Below, piece after piece: positions 55,191 to 62,864 of a DNA stretch of 64,000 nt; position 1 is the first letter of the stretch; each line of letters starts with the position of its first letter. Origin of the DNA: Bryobacterales bacterium. GTDB taxonomy: Bacteria; Acidobacteriota; Terriglobia; Bryobacterales; Bryobacteraceae. The notes under the pieces are model-generated. The model was not told where the DNA came from. It searched no databases and saw nothing but the letters and a program-made list of their open reading frames with translations. Made by a program: the position numbers and the translations under genes. The DNA lies in contig CAVTDS010000001.1 in NCBI GenBank assembly GCA_963733465.1, positions 137,994 to 201,993 of the forward strand, written 5' to 3'.

Positions 55191-55436
55191 GTGGCTGCCG
55201 AAATCGAGGGCTTCGATTGGGATGCCGCCAACGTGGGCCACATCATGCTCCACGCGGTTTCGCCTTATGAGGTCGAGGACGCCGCGGGCCGCCCGCACGT
55301 GACCATCCACGGCAAGACGGCGTCCCAGCGTTACTTGGTTGTCGTGTTCACCGTTCGCCGGAAGCTGCTCCGCACCGTGACCGCTTACGAAATGAACGCC
55401 GCAGAGAGGAGGAAGTATGGCGCGCAAATCGACTGA
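55191..55436 (+). CDS. brnT: BrnT-like (DUF497) toxin
   Basis: VAAEIEGFDWDAANVGHIMLHAVSPYEVEDA...LRTVTAYEMNAAERRKYG resembles the F-x-WD...N..KH.vs..Eae...R.ISaR.a...Er..Y pattern. The in-frame GTG at 55191 is preferred over the track TTG at 55155, which coincides with the -35 hexamer. Confidence 0.6.
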   Translation: MAAEIEGFDWDAANVGHIMLHAVSPYEVEDAAGRPHVTIHGKTASQRYLVVVFTVRRKLLRTVTAYEMNAAERRKYGAQID

Positions 55437-55730
55437 CGAGGCCGGCTGGTACGCCACCCCGGAGGGCCGCCGCCAGACCGGGCGCGAGTTCGCCCGCGCG
55501 CTCCGGACAGGGACCCTCAGCCGCTCGGCCGGTCTGAAGGCCACGAAGACCGACCCGAAGATCATCGAGAAGCTCATCGAACAGGCCAGGGAGAATGCAA
55601 CCCGCGCCATTTCGATTCGCATCCCAATTGCGGATTTGGAGCGTGCAAAACGCATCGCCCAACGGACAGCGCCGGCTACCAGAGTGTTCTCAAGCAGGCG
55701 ATCCGCGAAGGCCTGAAGAAGGCTGGCTGA
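55417..55730 (+). pseudogene. brnA: BrnA/CopG-type antitoxin gene with an apparent 1-nt frameshift near 55665
   Basis: The frame from the ATG at 55417 gives ...ISIRIPIADLERAKRIAQRTAPATRVFSSRRSAKA* (stop at 55716). The +2 frame from 55665 gives DSAGYQSVLKQAIREGLKKAG* (stop at 55730), which reproduces the conserved G-x-x-YQ-x-x-L C-terminus expected after the ISIRLP..DL...K..A segment. Confidence 0.55.
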
Positions 55731-55754
55731 TGCCCGAGCGGCCAGCGGCCCCCT

Positions 55755-55783
55755 GCTCGCCCCTACTCCCCCGGCCACTTCCG
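55755..55783. repeat. copy B of the perfect 29-bp direct repeat, covering the last 6 codons, the stop and 8 nt of 3' flank of gene 55763..57061
   Basis: Read directly from the sequence. Identical to 55089..55117. Confidence 0.95.
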
Positions 55784-57061
55784 ATGCCACTGCTTGCGCT
55801 TCTGGTAATTCCGCGCCAGCTCCAGATAGACGCCCAGATCGCGGTCCAGGTCGTTCTGCGTCCCGTCAAAATAGAAGTTGCGGATCGGGATGCCGCCCAG
55901 GTCGCGCGAGACCCGCGGGTACACCGCCTCGCAAATGATCCCGTTCATGCACGTGAAGGGGCTGATGTCGATGATCCCGTCCGCGCCCTTCTTCGCCAGG
56001 CAGATCGCCTTGCCCACGTTTAGCACCATCTCGCCCATCGCGCCGTCCGCCGGGAGGTACGGCCGCGCAGCCTCCAGCACCTCTTCGACCGGCGGCTCTT
56101 CGTAGCCCACGAAATCGTCGTGGAACGGCTCCAGCAGCGCGTGCTCGTCGCGCTTTTGCACCCGCTTGCGGATCCACGCCTTGAACGCTTCGAGCGAATA
56201 CTGCCGCCCCACCAGGTGCAGTTTGCGAAACTGCTCGGAGATCGTGTACCACACCCATTCGGTGATGTCGGAGATCCACGCTTCGGCTTCGTACTCTTCC
56301 AGGCGCCGCACCAGATCCTCGTTCGAAAAGCAGTGCAGCCGGCAGAAAATCTCGCCCACAATCCCGATCAGCGGCACGGTTCGGTCGCGCCGCACGGCCA
56401 GAGCGCGGAAGCGGTCCCGCGACCGTATCATGGCCTCGCGCATCGCCTTCAGTTGCGTCCCCGGCTCGAGGGGCGCCACCTCGATCGTCTTGCAAACGTC
56501 GGCCAAGCACTCCTCGTACACCGCTTCTGCCCCGCCCTTCTCCGCCTCGTAGGGCCGTTTCTGCAGCAGCGTCTTTTGCAAAATGTCGGCGGCGATCAGT
56601 GCCCGCCACGCCGTGCGCACGAACTGGCGCGCCATGTCGCCGAAATCCGCGTAGCCATCGTGGCTCGACGGCGAAATCACCTCCGTGTGCGGATAGCCGT
56701 TCTCACCCAGAATGCGTTTCAAATACGGAGCGTACTGGCCGAAGCGGCAAGGCCCTTCCGCGGTCGGCATGAAGAGCGCCACCTGTGCCGGGTCGATGCC
56801 GGGCTGCTCCAGCACCTTCATGAAATCGCCCACGGTGACCTTGGCGGGATAGCACTCGTCGCCGGAAGTGTAGCGCGCGCCCAACTCGCGGGTCCGGCCG
56901 TCGGAGGGCGGCGTGGTGTCGGCTTCCAGGCCCAACGCCCGGAACGCGGAGGCGAACGTCCGCCCGCTGCCGTACGCCATCGGTGGGATGAAAATCCGCT
57001 TGCCGTCTAGTGGATTGCGGCGGCCGGCGACGGCCCCGTTTCCATCCCCGACTGGTAACAT
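55763..57061 (-). CDS. 2-hydroxyacyl-CoA dehydratase family protein (HgdB/BcrC/BadD-like)
   Basis: ...KRIFIPPMAYGSGRTFASAFRALGLEA...GDECYPAKV...EGPCRFGQY...IGIVGEIFCR...DISPFTCMNG.... The only ATG upstream of the conserved KRIFIPPM is at 57061, giving a 55-nt overlap with the upstream gene. Confidence 0.8.
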   Translation of the reverse strand: MLPVGDGNGAVAGRRNPLDGKRIFIPPMAYGSGRTFASAFRALGLEADTTPPSDGRTRELGARYTSGDECYPAKVTVGDFMKVLEQPGIDPAQVALFMPTAEGPCRFGQYAPYLKRILGENGYPHTEVISPSSHDGYADFGDMARQFVRTAWRALIAADILQKTLLQKRPYEAEKGGAEAVYEECLADVCKTIEVAPLEPGTQLKAMREAMIRSRDRFRALAVRRDRTVPLIGIVGEIFCRLHCFSNEDLVRRLEEYEAEAWISDITEWVWYTISEQFRKLHLVGRQYSLEAFKAWIRKRVQKRDEHALLEPFHDDFVGYEEPPVEEVLEAARPYLPADGAMGEMVLNVGKAICLAKKGADGIIDISPFTCMNGIICEAVYPRVSRDLGGIPIRNFYFDGTQNDLDRDLGVYLELARNYQKRKQWHRKWPGE

Positions 57062-60000
57062 CGCAGAATTCCTTTGCTGTCGAGATACGCTTCGCAGCGG
57101 GTCATGTATCCAGCGTCGTTGCCGTGCCCATCGAATTGCAGCACCAGAAGCGGCGCGCCCGCCGCCTCGCGCGTGAAGTGCTTGATGTAGGAATCGGGCC
57201 CGCACTTGAAGTTCGAAATGTAGACCACGTGCAGGTTCGGCCGCGTGGATGCGAGGCGCGCCGCCGCCAGGATCTTCCGGCCCGACGCCCAGTACATGTT
57301 CGGATGCAGATCCTCCACCGGTTCGCGCCCCGTCACCACGAAATCGATCGGGATCACGTTGGCCCCGTACCGGTGCCGCAGCTTGCGCGGAATGTCGCAG
57401 TTGATCGCGCGGTCATAGATGTTATACGACCGGCCCACCAGCAGTAGCCCGGGCTCGCCCGTGTGGTCCAGCACCTCGAGCGCCTTGCGCCCGGCATCCA
57501 TCAGCCGGCTCTGGAATTCCCGCTGCGCGGCGTAGGCCGCGTCGGTCGCACGGTCGCTCGCACGCCGGCTCACTCCCAGCCGCCGCATGGCCGCGTACAA
57601 CCCGTCTTTCACCTGCTCGCGTCCGAGCTGGAAATGGAGCCGCGGGACCAGGAACATGTGCCGGTGCGGCTCCAGGCGCGGCGCCGATTCCAGCACGAAC
57701 GGCAGCGTCTGGTTCCACGGGCAGAAGTGCGCCGCGCCATCTTCCTCCCCCGCCTCGGCGTTCAGCAGGTTCGGAGTCAGGACGTAATCCACGCCCATTT
57801 CGATCAGCGCCGCCACGTGCCCGTGCGCCACCTGGATCGGGTAGCACGGCTGTGCCAGCGCCATTTCCAAACCAGCGGCCGCGATCTTCGGATCGGTCGC
57901 CGGAGAGAGCGCCACCTGTATGTCCAGCTCCGTGAAGTAGCGGTGCCAGAACGGCAGATGGTCGAACGTGGACATCGCCCGCGGCAGCCCCACGCACAAT
58001 TTGCCCGGCACGCGCTGGAACTTCGGACCGCTCAGCGGCTGGCTCGAAAGGCCCTCGAGCAGCCGCTCGCGAAACGCGAACAGGTCCTCGATCACCGGCT
58101 TGCGTCCGGTCTCCGACGGCTTGCGGAACTTGTCGGAGCACTTGTCGCCCCAATAGCTCTTATGGCCCTCGATGGTGAATTCCTTGATGTCGCACAGGTT
58201 CGAGCAGGCCTTGCAGACGAAGTCCCGCGTCGCCATCTGCAGGCTCGACAAATCGTATCCGCGGAAGCGCGATCCGCCGCGCGTGGCCAGATGCCACTGG
58301 CGGGCGATCAGCGCCATGCCGATCGCCCCCATCACGCCGTTGTACGGCGGCACGGTGATCTTCTTGTCCAGCAGGCCGGCAAAGGCGGCCGCCACCGAAT
58401 CGTTGTACGCCGTCCCGCCCTGGAAGTAAATCACCTTGCCGATCTTGCGCCCGCGCACCACGCGGTTCAGGTAGTTGAGCGCGATCGAGTACGCCAGGCC
58501 GGAGACGATGTCCGGAATCGTTTCGCCCTTCAGCATCCAGCCCGTGACGTCGCGCTCCATGAACACCGTGCAGCGCTCGCCGAGGCGCGTGGGCCGCGCG
58601 GAGGAAAGCGCCAGCTTCGCGAACTCGCCCTTGATGCTGATGCCGAGCTTCTCCGCCTGCTCTTCGAGGAATGAGCCCGTCCCCGCCGCGCAGGCTTCGT
58701 TCATCGCGAAATCCACCACGATGCCGTTCTCGATCGAGATGAACTTCGAATCCTGCCCGCCGATCTCGAAGATGGTGTCCACCGGCTCGCCGCCCAGCGT
58801 GTTCGAGATGTGCAGCGCGCCCGTCTTGTGCGCGGTGATTTCGTCGTTCACCACGTCGGCGCCCACCAGTTCCGCAATCAACTCACGCCCCGAACCCGTG
58901 GTGCCGACTCCCTGAATCGAGAGCCGCCGGCCCCACTGCGCCTCCACCTCGCTCAGCCCCTTCTGCACCGCTTCAATGGGCCGCCCCGCCGTGCGCAGGT
59001 ATATGTCCTGGATTACGGTGCCGTTCTCGTCCGTGGCCACCACGTTGGTCGAAACCGAACCGATGTCGATGCCCAGGTACGCCGGAATCGGCCCGTCGCC
59101 CGCAGGCGGAACGTATGCCGGTACGCGGTCGCGCAGCAGCACGACCTTTTCCATCGAGAGCGGCGTGGAATCGTCCACCCGCTCGTCGTCCTCGTGCTGG
59201 CTGAGCCGGTGAATTTCGCGCAGGGAGCGCTTCTTCCGTTCTTCCGTCTCGAGGATCGCCGTCCCCACCGCGCCGCACCAGGCGTACAGTTCGGGAACGA
59301 ACAGCTCGTCTTCTTTCAGCCCGAACGTCTCCCGCAGCGCGGCCGTCACCCCGGCGTTCTGCGAAACCGCGCCGATCAGCGCCACCGGCGCCGCAACCGG
59401 CCGGCCCTTCACAATACTGCTCTTGAAGTTCCGCGCCACGGCGTCGCACAGGCCGCGCAGAATGTCCGGCGGCGTGTAGCCCTTCTGCTGCGCGTGGATC
59501 ATGTCGGACTTCGCGAACACCGAGCAGCGTCCCGCAATCCGCGCCGCGCATGTCGCCTCGCACACCACCCCGCCGATTTCTTCGACCGAGTAGCCCAGCC
59601 GTGTCGCCTGCTGGTCCAGAAAGGAGCCCGTGCCGGCCGCGCACTCGCCGCTGCGGTCGTAATCGACAATCGAAGGGTGCTCGCCCGCCGGCTGCAACTC
59701 CAGGCGTATGTACTTCGAGCTCTCTCCGCCCAGCTCGAAAATCGTGCGCACCTGGGGATAGAAGACGCCCACCATCCGCGCGATGGCCTTGAACTCGTTC
59801 TCGAAGTAGATGCCGAGGATCTTCGCGAACGTGCGGCTGCCCGAGCCGGTCACGCGGATTCCCTCGATCCGCGCCTCCGGGATCACATCGTAGAACTCCT
59901 GCAGCAGGTCGAAGGTCGATTGTATGGGGCTCCCGGTGATCCGCCTGTATTCCGAGAGGACCAGCGGAACGCGCTTGCCGGCCGGCGCGTCCCAGCTCAT

Positions 60001-60120
60001 GAAACGGAACGAGGGGTTGGCGGCGCACAGGGATTCCAGGGCAGCACGGTCCTCCGCTCTGCCCAGAGCCGCGAGCTTCAGGCTGATGGCGCCTATGTCA
60101 ATGCCAATATTGATGCTCAT
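57007..60120 (-). CDS. CoA-substrate-specific enzyme activase-like protein: two BcrAD/BadFG ATPase modules fused to a DUF2229-like region
   Basis: Module 1: MSINIGIDIGAISLKLA...GGESSKYI...CAAGTGSFLDQQA. Module 2: YLGIDIGSVSTNVV...GGQDSKFI...CAAGTGSFLEEQA. These are followed by about 400 aa of ...CKACSNLCDI...YFTELDI... Confidence 0.88.
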   Translation of the reverse strand: MSINIGIDIGAISLKLAALGRAEDRAALESLCAANPSFRFMSWDAPAGKRVPLVLSEYRRITGSPIQSTFDLLQEFYDVIPEARIEGIRVTGSGSRTFAKILGIYFENEFKAIARMVGVFYPQVRTIFELGGESSKYIRLELQPAGEHPSIVDYDRSGECAAGTGSFLDQQATRLGYSVEEIGGVVCEATCAARIAGRCSVFAKSDMIHAQQKGYTPPDILRGLCDAVARNFKSSIVKGRPVAAPVALIGAVSQNAGVTAALRETFGLKEDELFVPELYAWCGAVGTAILETEERKKRSLREIHRLSQHEDDERVDDSTPLSMEKVVLLRDRVPAYVPPAGDGPIPAYLGIDIGSVSTNVVATDENGTVIQDIYLRTAGRPIEAVQKGLSEVEAQWGRRLSIQGVGTTGSGRELIAELVGADVVNDEITAHKTGALHISNTLGGEPVDTIFEIGGQDSKFISIENGIVVDFAMNEACAAGTGSFLEEQAEKLGISIKGEFAKLALSSARPTRLGERCTVFMERDVTGWMLKGETIPDIVSGLAYSIALNYLNRVVRGRKIGKVIYFQGGTAYNDSVAAAFAGLLDKKITVPPYNGVMGAIGMALIARQWHLATRGGSRFRGYDLSSLQMATRDFVCKACSNLCDIKEFTIEGHKSYWGDKCSDKFRKPSETGRKPVIEDLFAFRERLLEGLSSQPLSGPKFQRVPGKLCVGLPRAMSTFDHLPFWHRYFTELDIQVALSPATDPKIAAAGLEMALAQPCYPIQVAHGHVAALIEMGVDYVLTPNLLNAEAGEEDGAAHFCPWNQTLPFVLESAPRLEPHRHMFLVPRLHFQLGREQVKDGLYAAMRRLGVSRRASDRATDAAYAAQREFQSRLMDAGRKALEVLDHTGEPGLLLVGRSYNIYDRAINCDIPRKLRHRYGANVIPIDFVVTGREPVEDLHPNMYWASGRKILAAARLASTRPNLHVVYISNFKCGPDSYIKHFTREAAGAPLLVLQFDGHGNDAGYMTRCEAYLDSKGILRCYQSGMETGPSPAAAIH

Positions 60121-60305
60121 GGACAGCTCCCAGCAGACGAACCCGGCCCTTTGAGCGCTTGCGGGAAGGCGCCCTCCGAGCCTGGACCGCTGCCGAGCCT
60201 AACTATCTTACACGGAAACCCAGCCCCCTCGCCCCCTTCAGATCCGAAAGGACGGTTTCCGGGGTCGAACGGGGCTTTTTGTGGGGCGGACCCCTGGCCC
60301 CGTTC

Positions 60306-61058
60306 TCAAGCCTTCACCGCAAAGAAGAACACCCGTCCCACCGCCATGTAGCCCTGCATCTCCAGCTCCCAGGCGCGGCGGGCCTCAACCTGTACGAACC
60401 CCGCGCGCCCCAGGGACGCCGTCACGTCTTCCACCTCGTAGCACCGTTCCAGGACGCTGACGTCGGAGCGCTGCCAGACGCCCTCCACCAGCCGGAACAT
60501 GGTCAGGTCCACGCGGCCGATCTTCGCCTCCGAATCGTAGCTGGCGCGGGTGATCCCCGCCGCCGTGTCGTCGACGATCCCGTAGGAGCCCTGCCAGGAG
60601 TTCTTGAAGGACCCTTCCGTGTTCAGGTCGAAGACCAGGATCCCGCCCGGCGCCAGGGCCGCCGCGATGCTTTCAAAGGCGCACTCCAGTTCTTCGGGCT
60701 CCAGGATGTGGTTCAGGCTGTCGTACGTGCTCACGGCCGCGTCGAAGCGCGAGCCGCCGATCGAGAAGTGGCGCGCGTCCGCCTGTAGGAACTCGGCGCC
60801 GGGCGCCCGCTTGCGCGCGTAGCGAAGCATCTCCTCGGAGCCGTCGATCCCAGTCACCTTGTAGCCGCGCGTGGCCAGAATGGCGCTCAAGTCGCCCGTC
60901 CCGCAACAGACGTCGAGGATCCGAGCCCCGGCCGGCAGCTTTGGAAAGATGTGCCGGTCGAACACCCGGGCTGCCTGCTCGTGAAAATCGCTCCCCCAGC
61001 CCTCGTTGTAGAACCATGCGAAGATGTCGTAGGTTCCATATGGCTCATGGACGGGCAC
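60306..61058 (-). CDS. class I SAM-dependent methyltransferase
   Basis: ...RILDVCCGTGDLSAILATRGYKVTGIDGSEEML...LAPGGILVFD... Confidence 0.85.
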   Translation of the reverse strand: MPVHEPYGTYDIFAWFYNEGWGSDFHEQAARVFDRHIFPKLPAGARILDVCCGTGDLSAILATRGYKVTGIDGSEEMLRYARKRAPGAEFLQADARHFSIGGSRFDAAVSTYDSLNHILEPEELECAFESIAAALAPGGILVFDLNTEGSFKNSWQGSYGIVDDTAAGITRASYDSEAKIGRVDLTMFRLVEGVWQRSDVSVLERCYEVEDVTASLGRAGFVQVEARRAWELEMQGYMAVGRVFFFAVKA

Positions 61059-61454
61059 CCCTCCAGTCTAGCCGCCCGCCGACGCCCCCCGCGTGGCCCG
61101 GTTGCACCGCCCCCGAACGGTACGCCAAATGCTCTGCCTTCCGCACATGTTGATGCTCCGGGGTAAAGGCGCCATTAGGAGGCAGCGGCGTGGGGAACGC
61201 TCGCGGCCGGCGCCACCCCGGAACTACTGAGAAACGAAGGAAATCTGGCTCTGAGGGCGGGTTGCGTTAATTAAAAGTGATAAATCTACCCGCTATACCT
61301 GGGGTGCGCACCAAGGCACTTTTTACCGTGTTCTCGCGATTTTGAACGCTTTTTTACCTTCCACTCCCCGTCGCAGCCGCGGTAAGTCCGTTGCTTCCAA
61401 ACTCTTCCCATGATGGCCCTCGACGTGCGATCCTGAGCGGCGGGAGGGTTCGAC

Positions 61455-62192
61455 ATGTTCATTTCACGTACTCTGCAAGGGACCGGCGGTCTGCTTCTGC
61501 TCATCGCCCTCGCCACTCCAGGCTGTGCCACAAAAAAGTATGTTCAGACGCAGGTCGGCACGGTAGACACGCGGGTGACGGGACTGGACAAGAAGCAGTC
61601 AGAAGCGGTCGCAAACTTAGACAACAAGGAACAGAAGGACGTATCGCGGGTGGAAGAGCGCGCCATGAGCGCGGAGAGCAAGGCTAACGATGCGGCCAAG
61701 GCCGCGCAAGTGGCCGACCAGAAGGCAGTGCAGGCTGGCCAGGACGCGCATACCGCAACCGACGCCGCTCAGCAGGCCAACACGCGCGTGGGAGACGTCC
61801 AGCGCCAAGTCGAAGGCATCGACAACTTCAAGGTGGCCACCACCCAGGACGTTCTTTTCGGCTTCAACAAATCCACTCTGACCGAGGATGGGAAGGCCAA
61901 GCTTGACGCCCTGGTTCAACAGGCCCAGAGCATGACCCGCTACCAGATCGAGGTCCAGGGCTTCACGGACCGGGTCGGCTCGAAAGACTACAACATCACC
62001 CTGAGCGCGCGCCGTGCCGACACGGTGGTGCGTTACCTGGTGGATAAGGGCGTTCCGCTTCGCCGCGTCCACACCATCGGACTTGGCGAAACGCCGAAGA
62101 CGGATGCGCAGTTGACGAAGAAGGAAATGCGTCGCGTAGTGGTGAACCTGTACACGCCGGAAGCGGCGATGTCAGCCAGCACCGCCCACTGA
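61455..62192 (+). CDS. OmpA-family lipoprotein (coiled-coil N-terminus, C-terminal OmpA peptidoglycan-binding domain)
   Basis: Lipobox LIALATPGC. ...VLFGFNKSTLTEDGKAKLDAL...IEVQGFTDRVGSKDYNITLSARRADTVVRYL... Confidence 0.88.
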   Translation: MFISRTLQGTGGLLLLIALATPGCATKKYVQTQVGTVDTRVTGLDKKQSEAVANLDNKEQKDVSRVEERAMSAESKANDAAKAAQVADQKAVQAGQDAHTATDAAQQANTRVGDVQRQVEGIDNFKVATTQDVLFGFNKSTLTEDGKAKLDALVQQAQSMTRYQIEVQGFTDRVGSKDYNITLSARRADTVVRYLVDKGVPLRRVHTIGLGETPKTDAQLTKKEMRRVVVNLYTPEAAMSASTAH

Positions 62193-62223
62193 GCTTTTCG
62201 TTTCGTCAGCCGCTTGTTTCTGG

Positions 62224-62260
62224 AACCGGGGATGGCCTTTGCGTCCCCGGTTTTTCTTTT
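62224..62260 (+). terminator. intrinsic terminator after the OmpA-family gene
   Basis: 9-bp stem aaccgggga/tccccggtt with an 11-nt loop, followed by TTTTTCTTTT. Confidence 0.7.
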
Positions 62261-62861
62261 ACTCCACGCTTTTTAAAAGGTCTTCGGCCAGAACGCTGGC
62301 ACGCTCCGCCAGGTTGCGGGCGCGGAACAGGTCTCCGTTTCGGGCTTCATTGGCCTGATCGATGAAGGCGCGGACGCGGGCCAGATAGGTGGCCTGATCG
62401 CGGTTGAGCCGCCGGCCCTGCAGTGCCGCCACCGCCTTCTGCGCGTTGGCGATGTTCCTCTCAATCTCCTCGGTATAAGCCTGCCGCTGCTCGGGAGTCA
62501 GAACCTGTTCCAGTTGGGGAAGGGGGGCCACCGCGGCCGGAGGCTCGGGCTCGGTCGGCGGGGCGTCGGCATCTTCGTGCGGCCGGGTCCGGGGGCGGCG
62601 GCGCGGGGGCGGAGGCAGCTCTTCGGGCGGCAGCGCGGGTCCGGCCTGGCTGAGATCGGGGGGAGCGGGCAATTCCACCGGCGGAGCCGGCGGGACTGCC
62701 TTCCGGGGCTTCGGCGGCGGCGCGTGGACAGCGGGAGCCGGCGCCGGCGGCGGAGTCGGCGCCACCTTCGCCTTCTGGAACAAGGTACACGAGGGCGTCA
62801 GCGCCACCAGGGCGAAGGCCGCTGCGAATATGATTCGGTCCCTTCTCATCCTTACCGGCAT
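62259..62861 (-). CDS. proline-rich lipoprotein, hypothetical
   Basis: MPVRMRRDRIIFAAAFALVALTPSC (lipobox), a long Pro-rich linker, and a C-terminal helical domain ...RNIANAQKAVAALQGRRLNRDQATYLARVRAFIDQA.... Lies 3 nt downstream of the kinase gene. Confidence 0.6.
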   Translation of the reverse strand: MPVRMRRDRIIFAAAFALVALTPSCTLFQKAKVAPTPPPAPAPAVHAPPPKPRKAVPPAPPVELPAPPDLSQAGPALPPEELPPPPRRRPRTRPHEDADAPPTEPEPPAAVAPLPQLEQVLTPEQRQAYTEEIERNIANAQKAVAALQGRRLNRDQATYLARVRAFIDQANEARNGDLFRARNLAERASVLAEDLLKSVE

Positions 62862-62864
62862 CGC

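Larger units (their letters stand above)
55089..55783 (+). mobile_element. possible inserted brnTA cassette delimited by the 29-bp direct repeats (637-bp insert)
   Basis: The direct repeats bracket exactly one self-contained promoter plus two-gene TA module. The distal repeat duplicates the 3' end of the neighbouring gene. No recombinase gene is present in the window. Confidence 0.35.

Noticed and set aside
60250-60300. Hairpin gaacggggc...gccccgttc downstream of the methyltransferase gene, a possible terminator
   Set aside because: The loop is 21 nt and there is no T-tract on the relevant (minus) strand. This is too weak to call.
61286-61531. 81-aa minus-strand ORF in the methyltransferase / OmpA divergent region
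   Set aside because: It overlaps the OmpA-family gene start, has no motif or RBS, and its composition is atypical. The region is treated as promoter and 5' UTR.
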